Source: Mobula hypostoma (Eukaryota). From it: a DNA stretch of 64,000 nucleotides. The stretch spans positions 214,832,001-214,896,000 of the forward strand of contig NC_086097.1 of the NCBI RefSeq assembly GCF_963921235.1. Reading direction: 5' to 3'. Positions 12,906 through 26,292 of this stretch are shown piece by piece (the stretch's first letter is position 1; each line of letters opens with the position of its first letter). The notes beneath the pieces were generated by a model. That model was not told the DNA's origin, did no database searches, and saw only the letters and a program-made list of their open reading frames with translations. A program made the position numbers and the translations under genes.

Positions 12906-13464
12906 AGACTTGATAGGTCCCACCATAAAATTTGTGGCTGTTAGCTGAAGGTCAACCGCAGCTTAGAATTTCTTAAAGATTTATTTTCTCTTTGAACACT
13001 GTATTTTAAGCTTTGATGTAAAATTAAATGTAATCAGTTGATTTTGATTCAAAGTGTGACATTTTAATATGAACATCAAACTACCTGCATTTAAAAGACA
13101 GGGATCATGTAGAGCTATTGTAAAGCCTGCACTTACACAATAATAACATACATCAATTAGAATTCACTTGCTGCAGCATGACCCAATATAGTTATTATTA
13201 AATTATATAGCTACAGGATTTGAGTAATTATTTTCATAATCTGCGTTTAAAGGGTTTTCTCTCTCCTGTTCAGTCTTTATCTTAACCCAGTTCTCAATGG
13301 GAAAGGCAGAAATAAGATGTTCTATAACACAAATAGCAATACAGCTGGACAGCTATGAGATCTTCTGACAAGTTTGCTGTTGACTAGAAGGAAAATGAAT
13401 ATTATTAACTGCTTTGTTGTGCCTTCCAGAACTGACAATAAACCTTGCTCTAATTCAAACGGCA

Positions 13465-14272
13465 CGTGCTGGTAAAATCAAATGGTTGTCCTCTGAATCT
13501 AACAAGGAGCACTCTTTCTGATATTGCCCAAAGTCCTAAAACACTTTTTGCCATGTTTTCATCCATAAGAGTTCCTACTCCATTAGTATGAGATGTTCCA
13601 CAAGAATAAACTAGTGTTTTATTTCTAATCTGACATGTTCCAGTACCTATCCAACGAACTTCGCTAATTCCCATGATGTTAATCTTTAGTCTTCCCATTT
13701 CATTTATCACATTGTCCAATCTTCCTGCTCGTATAGGGCTCTTATATTCCAAGTGGTAATAATTTTCTTTTGTGTTACTTGAATTTTATGAGCAGTAGCT
13801 TGACGATGGTCGGGGATCCCCTGCTGGCCAGAATCAACCCTACCAAGCGAAGCATCTTCGGAGTTGTCTTGAAGATCCTCTTGACGCTGTTGTTGTGTGA
13901 TACATTTTGTGAGTTTGACCATGGTTTTCTTAGCAAATTGCAACGGTGGTTTGCTATTGCCTACCGTTGGGCGAACTAAAGAAATCACCATTTCTCTTTC
14001 CAAATGTTCATCTGCCTGTACTATAGCCATTGACATTTGAAGTCCTAGCTCATCCGCCTTCTCCGTCATAAGATCAGTTACTGAACCTGCCGGATCCGCC
14101 GTTGGCCTTCGCTCGTATCCTGAGCAGAAACCTTTGCAGGTGCTACCGTTTCGGGTCAGAGCGGCCCTGGGAGCAATGAATGACTAAGGGGTAACTCCAC
14201 TTTCCCCAAAGCTCTGAAAGTCCCCAATCAGAGCCTCAACACTGGTTGCAGTTTAGAGTCATACCCAGGACT
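13465..14272 (-). mobile_element. RTE-clade LINE 5' portion (5' UTR and start of APE endonuclease)
   Basis: ITTWNIRAL, then after a frameshift GRLDNVINEMGRLKINIMGISEVRW...NGVG...ISERVLLVR. These are typical RTE/BovB endonuclease N-terminal motifs. Confidence 0.85.
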
Positions 14273-15069
14273 GAGGGTCCTATATAGCCGCAACATTACC
14301 TCTCGGCTCTTAAACTCAATCCCACGATTGATGAAGGCCAACGCACTGTATGCCTTCTTAACCACAGAGTCAACCTACGTGGCAGCTTTGAGTGTCTCGA
14401 CCTGCGTGGCAGCTTTGAGTGTCTACCTTGCTCTATTTCTCCCCTTTCAAAGACTGAGTCACAGGTTTACTTATCTCCCTTTGCTTTGCTTTCTTTACTT
14501 TTCATGCATTTTTGCCATGAAGAAATAATTTGTGCTATTTCATTATAGGTATTACAAAAGACTTTTAAAAAAAGACTCCTTTGTTTTCCTGAATTTGTAC
14601 TGGAGAGCAGATCAACCGGTTTATTATCAACAATGATTTAGCAGCAAATCAGTCTGACTATTCTCCCTCCTTGAAGTGTGCTTTTATGTGGCATTGTGGT
14701 ACTGCAGTGTGAGAAATTCCAGGATATATACCTATAAGAATAAATCAATTCATTTGATAGATTATAGCACCGAGGGTGGGTTAGAGTTACATTACATTGC
14801 ACAGCTAAGTATGTGATAATTAATGTTCATCGGTGCCCAGTAACTACTTGAGTGCCCTCAACTGAGCTTTCAATTAAAACCCAGTCACTAATGGAGTTTG
14901 CTGTGTTAAAGTGTAACTGAGGCTTGGAATTAGTCAATTAGCTACATTAGTCATTTGACAAGAATCTACCTCTTAGGTTGATGTCACCTACATTCATTAT
15001 TTCCTTTAAAGAAGGAAGGCCTGAAGTAGCAGGCTGCTCGCTTGCCAACATAGTGAAGGCAATTAGCCA

Positions 15070-16140
15070 TTCAGAAGTCCACAATCAATTCTTTGTTCTT
15101 ACTGACGTTGAGTATGAGGTTGTTGTTGCTGCAACACCCCTCAACCAGCTGATTTATCTCGGCCCTGTACACCTTCTCATCATCATTTGAAATTCTGCCA
15201 ACAGTAGTTTTAGATGGCATTTGAGCTATGCCTAGCCACGCAATCATGGGTGCAGTGTGAGTAGAGCAGTGGGCTAAGAGCACGTCCTTGAGAAGTGCCA
15301 GTGTTGATTATCAGTGAGGAGGAGATGTTATTTCTAATCCGCACAGATTGTGGTCTGCTGGTGAGGAAGTTGAGGATCCAGATGCAGAGAGAGGTGCAGA
15401 GGCCCAGGTTTTGGAGCTTTAGTCAATAAACAGCATCCTAACATAGGTATATGTATTGTCCAAGTGACCCAAGGCCATGAGAAAAGCTAATGAGATCCAT
15501 TCACTGTAGACCTGTTGGTGGTGACAGGCAAATGCAGTGGGTCCAGGTTGATGCTGAGACAGGAATTGATCCCAGCCATAACCAACCTCTCAGAGCATTT
15601 CATCACTGTAGCTATGAGTGCTACTGGATGATAGTCTTTAAGGCAGCTCACCCTACTCTTCTTGGGCACTGGTATGATTGTTGCCCTTTTGAAGCAGGTG
15701 GGGACTTCTGATCATAGCAATGAGAGATTGAAAATATCTTTGAACCCACCCACCAGTTAGTTGGCTCAGGTTTTCAGAGTCCTACCAGATACAACATTGG
15801 GGCCTGTCACCTTGCGAGGGTTCACCCTCTTGACCATAAGACCATAAGATATAGGAGCAGAAGTAGGCCATTTGGCCCATCGAGTCTGCTCCACCATTCA
15901 ATCATGGACTGATCCAATTCTTCCAGTCATCCCCACTCTCCTGCCTTCACCCTATACCCTTTGATGTCCTGATTAATCAAGAACCTATCCCTTGAAAGAA
16001 GTTCTGTTGTCATCTTCCAAGCAAGGGTCAGAGGGTCATCAGATGCTGCAGATATCCTCATAACTGTAGTTTTATTCTCTTTTCCAAAGCGTGCATAAAA
16101 GGTGTTGAGGACATCTGGGAGTGAAGCATCACAGCCCACA
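15070..16140 (-). mobile_element. Rex/Babar RT fragment with nested CR1 3' end (~15833-15990)
   Basis: [22 protein letters not shown] and LNVSKNKELIVDF motifs; nested gaccataagaccataagatataggagc tail. Confidence 0.8.
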
Positions 16141-17319
16141 AAATGATATTAATTGGTATTAAAGTGGAATATTCACTTGAGGTATTACTTACTTTGAAAG
16201 CAGAAATGTGAAGCATTGGTTAGCCTGCACAGTTAGTATAGTGTGGATGTTACGCTGAAGATAACACAACCATGCTCACTGGAAATTGTGGCTGTATCTA
16301 GTAGTAGGGTTTGAGTAAATGGTGCCACGCCAGAAAAGGGCATATGTCCTCCACACTTTACCCTTTGGCAGCTCATCCAGACTGGGAGCAGAAATCTGTG
16401 GTCCTGAATGGGAGTTTGAGAACTTTCAATAGTATAGTGAAACTGGGGTTCCCACTGTAGCTATACCTCTAACTATATAATTTGAGGAAGGAGGCTAAAA
16501 TAGTATTCATAATTTAGGTGCACAATGGTAATTTTACAATATTGCAGTGTTTGGTGAAAAGTTTACAGACTCAATGTTTCGGTGTGTGCATTGGAAAATT
16601 ACGTTTCTGATATTCTTCAACTTCAGCAGCATATGGATGGTCTAAAGAAAAGCACTTATCTCCAGTAACATTCCAAGCAACTCTTCTGTAAAAGTTCGAG
16701 GGCAAGGAGAGGTATTGGGCCAGGTCATGCTGATGCAAACCCGCAGTCCCGTAAGGAAGCAAGTACGGAACATACTGGGGTATCTCAGGTCAGATATTGG
16801 GGCATCTCAGCTGAGGGGATTGGACACAACTTTCATTATAAAGCCAGTGATATCTGGTTGCATCTAGTGTAGCTCCATTCAGTTGAATGGGCTCACAGCA
16901 TTGTGTGTGTTGCTCAGAGCTTCTTTTCAATGGCATTTGTTGTGAATCTTACTATTTTGTGCAGCAGTACTGTGCAAATCCATAAAATATTACTGTAAGT
17001 TACAATAAGAATATAGGAAAAATAAATAAATAATGCTAAATGAGAGCAAATAGAGGGTTAGTGTTCATGGACTGTTTAGAAATTTGATGGTGCAGTGGAA
17101 GAAGCTGTTCCTAAAACGTTGAATGTGCATCTTCAGGCTCCTGCACCTCCTTGCCAATGGTAGTCATTTAATTAGATTAGATTGTCCTTTTTGTCACATG
17201 CACAACGAAACATACTGTGAAACATGTTATTTGCATCAAATCAAATTAGCAAGGATTTTGCTGGACAGCCTGCAAATTTGCCATGGTTCTGGGAACACCA
17301 AACACTGCTGCTCTAAATG

Positions 17320-18630
17320 GCCATAGTGTAGGCATTCTACAAATTTCCTCTCTTGGGATCCAACACCAAGCTGATTTTCCCGATCTTCCTGCATATTGAA
17401 ATCTCCCATGGCTATTGTAACATTGCTCTTTTAGCATACATTTTTGATCTTGCGTTGTAATTTGTAGACCACATCCTTACTACTGTTTGGGGGTCTGTAT
17501 ACATCTCCCATCAGGATCTTATTACCCTTGCAGTTTCTTAGCTCTATCCACAATTTTTCACCACCATCCAACCCTATGTCACCCCTTTCTAATTATTTGA
17601 TTTCAGTTCTTACCAACGGAGCCACACCACTCCCTTTGCCTTCCTGCCTGTCCTTTCAATACTTGTACGTTAAGCTCCCAGATAGACTATTCTTTCAGCC
17701 ATGGTTCAGTGATGCTCACAATATCATACACACCAATCATCAAATTTTGTCCTATCATCAACCACTCCTTTCTAGAAGTCTCACTACACACTGCCTCTGA
17801 CTGTAAACCAACTACCTCAGCTCCAGCACTATCACTCAAGTTCTCAAGCCCCTGCCAAATTAGTTTAAACCCTCCCGAACAACTCTAGCAAACTTGCCTG
17901 CAAGGATATTTGTCCCCTTCGGGTTCCGGTGTACCCGTCCCTTTTGTACAGGTCGTACCTTCCTCAGAAGAGATCCCAATGAGCCATAAATCTGAACCTC
18001 TGCCCCCCTGCACCAGTTCCTTAGCCACACATTCACCTGCCAGATCATCCTATTCTTGGCCTCAATGGTACATGGTACGGACAGCAATCCAGAGATTACT
18101 ATCCTGGAGGTCCTGTTTTTTCAGCCCCTAAAATCTCTCCTCAAGACTACCTCACCTTTTCTACCTGTGTCACTGCTACCAAGTGACTTCTGGCTGCTCA
18201 CCTTCCCCCTTGAGAATGACATGGACTCAATCCAAGTCGTCCCTGACCCTGGTCCTGGAAGGCAACATACCATCCGGTGTCTATCGCGTGCAAGGCACGT
18301 CATCTCTGTCCACAGACTGTGGAATCTCCTATCACCATTGCTGTCCTCTTCAGCTTTCTGCTGTTCTGAGCCACAGCACCAGACTCAGAGACAAGGTCGC
18401 TGCAGCTCCCCCCAGAAAGCCGTCCCCCTCAACAGTATCTAAAGTGCAATACTTATTATTAAGGGGAACGGCCAAGGTGTACTCTGCAATGGCTGTGCAT
18501 TTCCCTTCCTTCTCCTGATAGTCACCCGGTTACTTATCTCCTGCAACCTAGGGGTGACTACCTCCCTGTAGCTCCTATCTATCACCTCCTCATTTACCTG
18601 TCGGAGTCGAAGGTTATCGAGCTGCAGCCC
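17320..18630 (-). mobile_element. Decayed CR1 ORF1 and ORF2 start
   Basis: RMVCCLPG, WLRNWCRG and KGTNILAGKFARVVREGLN* motifs. Confidence 0.85.
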
Positions 18631-18987
18631 ACCCCTTCACCGTTCTCATTCCTGTTTCTCTCTGTCTCCTCCCTCTGGTGCTCCTCCCCCTTTCCTTTCT
18701 TCCATGCTTCCCTCTCCTATCAGATTCCCCTTTCTCCAGCCTTTTATCTCTTTCACCTATCAGCTCCCCTGCTCTTTACTTCACCCCTCCCTCTCTCCTG
18801 GTTTCACCTGTCACCTACCTCCTTGTACTTCTTCCTACCCCTCCCCTCGCCTTCTTGCTCTGACATCTCATCTTTTTTCCGGTCCTGATGAAGGGTCTCG
18901 GCCTGAAATGTTAACACTGTTTACTCTTTTCCATAGATATTGCCTGGCCTCCCAAGTTCCTCCAGCATTTTATATGTTTTGTGTGTG
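18631..18987 (+). mobile_element. Penelope 3' UTR/pLTR fragment
   Basis: Pyrimidine-rich tract, then ggtcctgatgaagggtctcggcctgaaa; homologous to 25220-25626. Confidence 0.75.
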
Positions 18988-19249
18988 AAAAATACATGAG
19001 TTTATTAAAAAGTACAAATTTTATAAAAAATGTATTACTAAACAGAACAGTGGTTTCCAATAGAGCCAAACCAGAGAGATGGCGTGGGTAGACAGGCGTA
19101 GATAGAGAAGGAGACCAATTTGGAGGAAGAATGAGTGATGGAATAGGTGCAGAAGGAACAATAAACCTTGTGATAGGTGGCTGTGGGGGTGGTAGTTGGA
19201 AAGAAAGTGGTATTTGGGAAGGCCTGGGTAGAGTAAAAGGAAGGGAAAG

Positions 19250-19445
19250 GAACAGAATGGGACCTGGTTACCTGAAACTGGAGCATTTAACTTACCTATC
19301 GTTGGTTTCTATACTAGTCAGGTAGAATATGAGATGCTGTTCCTTTAGTTTGCATTTGGTCTCATCATGATATTAGAGGAGGCCATGGATAGGTTGATTG
19401 GTATGATATTGAGAAGGGGAATTAAAGTGACATGCATCCAGGAGC
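19250..19445 (-). mobile_element. Decayed Penelope GIY-YIG C-terminal remnant
   Basis: The reverse complement resembles 25050-25220 (gaatatgagatgctgttcctttagtttg...gaggccatggatagg). Confidence 0.5.
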
Positions 19446-21064
19446 TTCTCTAGTGGTGAGAGAGGAGGAAGAGGGTCGAGAAGTTGGAAAGTGCCTGGGC
19501 AGTGATGCGCCAGGACCGATGAGTAAACCAAAGAGTCACAGATTAAAGGATTAGATATAAACCTGTGAACGGGGGACTATGAAAAATATTAAACTTTGCG
19601 TATATTCAAGTCATTAGTTTGTTCTAGTTAGAAATACATCACAAAAAGTCATCTTAGTTTATAATCCATGGCAGTTGAATGCTATGCATTATGTTCAAGT
19701 TTCTGATTGGCTTCCTTGTATGTTAGGACACACACACTAACTTGTCACTGAAGATTTGTTTGATGGAATTGCACTAAGAGTGGTGCTTACAGTTAGAGAA
19801 AATCTTCAGGTGATATTCCTTTCATAGGATGTCTGTCTCTTTAACTAATTCCAGAGATGGAATCGTTGTTAGGGCAGTAAGGTGACAGTACAAATTGTAA
19901 GAAATACACAGAACAAAAGACAGAAAATTTAAAATGGCTTTACATGAAAGAGCGTTCTAAGCAGATAATATTTGAAATTGGCTTTTTGAAGTTGGGATTT
20001 ATTTTCTTAATTTAAATCTGCAGCCAAAATCACTTTGATAAGGAGAAAGAATGTATCCCTAGGGAAGTTAAATAACATTCTTTTATTTTTATTTATAAAC
20101 ATTAGGTAAAGGGTTTCTCAGAGCTTTGTCCATGTCAATAGTTTGTTCTGAATTTACCCAGAGATAAGTAAAAGTTAAGCAGTTGAAACCATTTTATTTC
20201 AAAGGCTAAAAACAACAACTTAATCAAAAACAAGTTATGTAAGAAGATTAGGGTTGGATTATTTGTGTAGGCCAGGAACTGATGAGTTCTTTTGGTTGGG
20301 AGTTTTCCTCTTGTTCTGCAGAATTAGTTAATATCAACTGTTAATGCTGATTTTTCAAAGACCAAATTACTAATGATTAAGAGGAACATAGGAAAATTAG
20401 GTTATATTTTACAACACAGCCTACTTCAGCATTCATTCGTCATTTTTTTTAAAAGACTAATGTTCCCTTCTTGCAATAATATAGTGGAATTATGGCCAAT
20501 AATATAACATAATCAGGACACATTTTAAAGGTGTATTCAAATTTTCTTTGTGATATCAAACTTAAATTAAAATTATTGAAGTTATTCAAATGGCTTTATT
20601 TAAAAATATCATAACCAGTGTGCATCCTTTTCAAATGGCTTAATTGAACAACGTTAAGAGTGTGGTTGCAAAGCAAAACCAACTTCTTGAAAGTAATCAG
20701 AAAAAAAATAAACAGCTTAAACACAAAATGATTATTATTTCAATTGACAGAACTAGAAAATAATATAGCTCTAGTTTCCTTACTAGATTCCAGATCAAGA
20801 AATTCATCCCTGGCTACATGCATTAAATATTAAACAGTAACACATATTCGTTGAACGGCAACTTCAAACTTTGGTTTAAAGTCACTACAATTCAGAAACT
20901 ACTATCTTGTGCAGTTAGAATGTGTGATAGAGAATACAATTCTCTCGCAAATTAGATTAGGCAATTCTATGGAACAACCAGCTTTACAAAATGTTTCATT
21001 CTAAATCGACACCGAGCGAAGCTGTTGCCAATCTTAAGCCTTGTTCAAAGGATCTGGCAAATAA

Positions 21065-22640
21065 TCCTTCAGGAAGGTGAACCCATGGAAAGCCTGCGGC
21101 CCAGATGGAGAACCTGGCCGAGTACTAAACAACTGTGCTGATCAACTGACTGCAGTGTTCCCCGATATCTGTAACCTCTTGCCTCAGCAGTATGAGGCTT
21201 CAATTATACTGGTACCTAAGAAGAACATAGTAACCTACTGCAATGACTATCGTCCACTGTGATGAAGTGCTTTGAGAGGTTGGTGATGAAACATAGCAGC
21301 TCCTGCCTGAGGAGTGCCTTAGATCCACTCCAATTTGTCTGCTGGCACAACAGGTCCACAGCAGATGCCATTTTATCGGCTCTTCACTCCACCCTGGAAC
21401 ATCTAGACAGCAAAGGTGCATAGATCAGGGTGCTCTTTATTGACTACCACTCAGCATTCAATATTATCATCCCCTCAAAACTAAACACTAAGGTCCAAGA
21501 CCTTGGCCTCATACCGCGCTTGTTCAATTGAATCCTCAATACCCTCACTTGCAGACCCCAGCTTGTTTCCACATTCTCCATCTGCATAGGTGCAGCAATA
21601 GCCTGTGTGCTTAGCTCCTGCTCTACTTGCTTTATACTTATGACTGTGAGGCTCAGCACAGCTCCAATGCCATATTTAAGTTCGCTGATGACACCACCGT
21701 TATTGCTAAAAGAAAGCTGACGCTAAATCAGCATAAGGGAGGGAGATTGAAAATCTGGCTGAGTGGTGCCACAACAACTTCTCACTCGATGTCAGCAAGA
21801 CCAAAGAGCTGATTATTGACCAGGAGGGGGAAACCGGAGGTCCATGAGCCAGTCCTCATTAGGGAATCGGAGGTGGAGAGGGGCAACAATTTTAAATTCC
21901 TCAGTGTTATCACTTCAGAGGATCTGTCCTGGGTCCAGCATGTAATTGCAGTTATGGAGAAAGCATGGCAGCGCCTCTACTTCCTTAAAAGTTAGCAAAG
22001 ATTTGACATGACTTCTAAAACTCTGACAAACTTCTGTAGATGTGTGGTGGAGAGTATATTGACTGGTTGCATCATGGCCTGGTATGGAAGCACCAATGGC
22101 CTTAAATGGAAAGTCCTGCAAAATAAGTGGATACGGCCCAGTCTGTCACGGGCAGAGCCGTTCCCACTATTGAGCGCATCTGTACGGACTGCTGTTGTAG
22201 GAAAGTATCATCAAGGACCCCCACCACCCAGGCCATGATCTTCTCACTGCTGCCATCAGGAAAAAGGTACAGGAACCTCAGGACCCACAACACCAGGTTC
22301 AGGAACAGTTATTACCCCTCAACCATCAGGCTCTTGAATCAATGGGGGATAACTCCACCCACCCTATTATTGAACTGTTCCCACAAACTACGGACTCACT
22401 TTCAAGGACTCTTCATCGGCTCTCAATATTTATTGCTTATTTATTTGTTTATTTACTGATTTCTGTTGCACTTTTACTATTCATTGTCTGCTGCACTTTG
22501 GTTGTTTACCCATCCTGTTCAATGCATTTTTTTCATTTTTTTCTTGGATTTACTGTGTATGCCCATAAGGAAATGAATCTCACAGTTGTATTAGATAACA
22601 TGTATGAACTTTGATTATAAATTAACTTTGAACTTTGAAT
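21065..22640 (+). mobile_element. Rex/Babar LINE 3' half
   Basis: NPWKACGPDG, LYTYDC...FKFADDTTV, ESILTGCIMAWYG and FRNSYYPSTIRLLN motifs; actttgaactttgaa tail. Confidence 0.9.
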
Positions 22641-22782
22641 TTTGATAAAATACCACATTAAAGTACAAACGTAGTGGAAGATGCTCTTCCAAAGTTTTTG
22701 CTGAGGTATCTGATCAAGGGCTTTACTCTTCTAAATATTACACTTGGTATGGGAGGGTTTTTCCATTCTGAAAATGGAAGTA

Positions 22783-23591
22783 CAATGGATTCTGATTAAT
22801 TGTTCCATCAATTCTATTTGGGACAAATCTTACAGAACAAAAACAAATTGAGAAAATAGCCTGGATTCCCTTCATTTATTTGGAACTGTCACTTAATTGG
22901 AACAGGAGACTGCTGCTGAACAGTTTACAACTAGCATCAGTCACATGCATGTCTTCATTAGACACTACACCTTGCTTAGAGTGAACCGTTTTAAAATAGC
23001 GTCACGTGTGTGCTTGTGTTCAAAAAGCAGTGATTTTGTCTCTGATGGTTGGTATGTAATTAACAGTAAGACAATTCAGAACTATTTTGCCCCCTGTGAT
23101 TTCAAGCATTCAGGCTTGGAGATGTCAGCAACAGCTGGGAGTGGAAGTGAAATGATTTCACTACTTCAGGTTAGGAACAATGAAGAATTTAAAGGTATCG
23201 ACAATCATCTTGAATGTTACAATGAAAATGAACATTTAGGGATGCAATTGTCAAAAGCACTGGATGAAAGCAGTCCACTATCAGCATGAGGCATGCACTG
23301 ATTTGTTCATTTAAAGTCAATCAAAAGAACACAGCAGCATACACTGAATACATTTCTCCATTGATCACTATCAGGAACTAATACCAAGTTTTATAGTACT
23401 TAGTTTTGTTAGTGCTCTAATATGTTCTGTATTTCTTTTAAATACATAATTTGTTACTCAGTTAAATGGTAGTTTGCCTTTTTTTTAATACCTTTTTAAC
23501 TTTTTCCATGACACTTTGGCTAATTGGGGCAGCCACTTAGTTGGGCCAAAATATACTGGTCCCGATGTGTCAGAATTATCGGAATCTTCTG
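22783..23591 (+). mobile_element. Non-autonomous Tc1/mariner (pogo/Tigger-like) DNA transposon
   Basis: TA followed by caatggattctgattaattg at the left end, with degenerate inverted gaattatcggaatcttctg at the right end. Internal WYVINSKTIQNYFAPCDF resembles the pogo transposase C-terminal W..V...TI.NCF..CGF motif. Confidence 0.65.
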
Positions 23592-25007
23592 AACTTCATT
23601 TGTAAATACTAATTCTTCCTGCACCTTTATTAGGGAATAGAAAAGACAGGACGTTCTACTGAACTTTGTATTGCACATATTTACTCTTTGTGTAATATTA
23701 GCTCTTAGTGATCCATCCCCTATTCACTAGGGCTGACTGACTTTCATGTCCATTCACCTGAAATGAATTGAAGATCAGGTCTATTGTATAACTGGCAGGT
23801 ATTCTGTTCTCAAAAGGTGAGGGTGAAAAGGACCACTTAACTTCATGCTGGTGTTGCACTGGAGTAAAGGCTAAAGCTGACAGTCACAATTCAACAGCTA
23901 GAAACTAATAACGGAGCTTTTGCGTTTTCGTCATTAGAAAATATTTAAATAATAATTTTTTGACGGTTAAGGTTATTTACATAAACAGGAAATATGTCAA
24001 TAAGTAAAAGAATGAAGGAAATCCTATTGATTAAAGTGAAATAAAGAATAGATGCAGCATTAAAAATAAAAAATTAGCATATAATATTGGGCCAAAATAA
24101 AAAATATCTGGGTCAAAGTTAGTACTTTCCTTTCTTCCAGTGGAATTGGAGAAAACAAAATTACAAACACCATCATATTTCTTACTAATACCTATAAGAA
24201 AATGAGTTTTCATAATTTGACATTTTCCCTTTCATTCAATTTTGCTTCAGAAAGTTAGTAGCTTTGTTGATGAACAGACACATTGAATGAGGAAATGATA
24301 AATGCAACTAAAGTCACTTCTTTAAGATGTATTTTTTTTGGAAGTGCTCTCTTCCACAAACGTATACTGTAAGCTTACAATTATATCATGGTACTGAATA
24401 GTTGCTTTCTTTTGTTGACATGGCTATAAACAGTCAAATGATTAAATTTGCATAAAGGGGAGTTGTTACCAGATTTTGAGAGTGGTATTCAACTTTAGCA
24501 GGTGAGAGAAAATGAGCAGCTTTGAATCTCTTGCCTTTAATCTGACCCACACATTTTTCTTTACTTTCTATAGACATGTATAAAGATGATCAACTTCCTC
24601 CTGTCAGTTTCACTCATTGCATTCCTCTATGGTATAATGAAAGGGAAAGATTGTAATGTCACACTACATGTTTGCAGTATCAGTAACAGGACCTGAAAAA
24701 GCTTGTTTATCTTACCTCACTGCCTATCTTAAAGGTTGATTTACAGGTATGAATATTCTGCTCATAAAACATAATTCTTTTTGAACTTTGTTCAAGAAAC
24801 CTACTGCTAAATTCATTCTGTTTAAAATCAAAGAATTTGAAGAATTCACTGAACAGTAATCCGAGTAGGAAGCGAGGTTAATTTTTCTTGGATCCAGCCC
24901 CTAAAATGAATTTTGACAATGGCTGACTCAATACCAATGGCATTCCTTATCTCTTACAGGAATAGTTCTAGCAGATTCCTCCCTTTTCAATCTGCAGAGA
25001 ACAATAT

Positions 25008-25626
25008 AAATGACCATCTACGCTCTGTCCGCCAGAGAAAGCAGGATCTCCCAGTGGCCACACATTTTAATTCCACATCCCATTCCCATTCTGACATGTC
25101 TATCCAGGGCTTCCTCTACTGTAAAGATGAAGCCACACTCAGGTTGGAGGAACAACACCTTATATTCCGTCTGGGTAGCCTCCAACCTGATGGCATGAAC
25201 ATCGACTTCTCTAACTTCCGCTAATGCCCCACCTCCCCCTCGTACCCCATCTGTTACTTATTTTTATACACACATTCTTTCTCTCACTCTCCTTTTTCTC
25301 CCTCTGTCCCTCTGAATATACCTCTTGCCCATCCTCTGGGTCACTCCCCCCCCCTTGTCTTTCTTCCCGGACCTCCTGTCCCATGATCCTCTCATATCCC
25401 TTTTGCCTATCACCTGTCCAGCTCTTGGCTCCATCCCTCCCCCTCCTGTCTTCTCCTATCATTTTGGATCTCCCCCTCCCCCTCCAACTCCAACTTTCAA
25501 ATCCCTTACTCACTCTTCCTTCAGTTAGTCCTGACGAAGGGTCTCGGCCTGAAACATCGACTGCACCTCTTCCTAGAGATGCTGCCTGGCCTGCTGCGTT
25601 CACCAGCAACTTTTATGTGTGTTGTT
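25008..25626 (+). mobile_element. Penelope-like element 3' end (GIY-YIG endonuclease C-terminus and pLTR)
   Basis: HLRSVRQRKQDLPVATHFNSTSH...RLEEQHLIFRLGSLQPDGMNIDF, followed by a pyrimidine tract and hammerhead motif. Confidence 0.9.
25527..25562 (+). ncRNA. Minimal type-I hammerhead ribozyme motif (Penelope pLTR)
   Basis: AGTC-CTGACGA-AGG(gtctcgg)CCT-GAAA-C-ATC-GACT. Stem I is AGTC/GACT, stem II is AGG/CCT, and both core boxes are intact. The stem-III position reads ACAT where sister copies read ACGT. Confidence 0.7.
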
Positions 25627-25675
25627 TGATATATAGACATGTATCTTTGATATTTATAAATTATATTTATTAAGT

Positions 25676-26198
25676 TGTCCTGTCCAAGACTGAAAGAAGC
25701 TGCAGAAGATCGTGAACACGGCGCAGCACATCACACAAACCAATCTTTCGTCCTTGGACTCACTTTACACCGCATGCTGTCGGAGCAGTACTGCCAGAAT
25801 AATCAAGGACACAACCCACCCAGCCAACACACTTTTCGTCCCTCTTCCCTCCGGGAGAAGGCTCAGGAGCTTGAAGACTCATACGGCCAGATTTGGGAAC
25901 AGCTTCTTTTCAACTGTGATAAGATTGCTGAACGAATCCTGACCCGGATCTGGGCCGTACCTTCCAAATATCCGGGCCTGCCTCTCGGTTTTTTTGCACT
26001 ACCTTACTTTCCATTTTTCTATTTTCTGTTTATGATTTATAATTTAAATGTTTAATATTTACTAATTTTTACTATTTTTCATATTTTTTAATATTTAATA
26101 TTTGTAATCCAGGGAGTGGGAAGCGCAGAATCAAATATCGCTGTGATGATTGTACGTTCTAGTATCAATTGTTTGGCGACAATAAAGTATAAAGTATA
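25676..26198 (+). mobile_element. Young Rex/Babar 3' end
   Basis: IIKDTTHPANTLFVPLPSGRRLRSLKTHTARFGNSFF; aataaagtataaagtata tail; close copy at 44945-45275. Confidence 0.85.
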
Positions 26199-26292
26199 AT
26201 TATCAGGAAAATTATTTCACACATGACAGTCCAAAACCACTATTGACAGGTTTCACTGTGACCAACTCTTGTTCATGCATAGAGCATAATTT

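Noticed and set aside
14372..14425. Tandem repeat of acct(a/g)cgtggcagctttgagtgtct
   Set aside because: Two-copy local duplication in a decayed CR1 fragment; not an array or CRISPR.
16571..16762. Minus-strand 63-aa ORF with protein-like composition, plus a + strand AG at 16567-16568 that would read YSMFRCVH in the NKAIN frame
   Set aside because: No recognisable family, no convincing splice context, and a purine-rich acceptor region.
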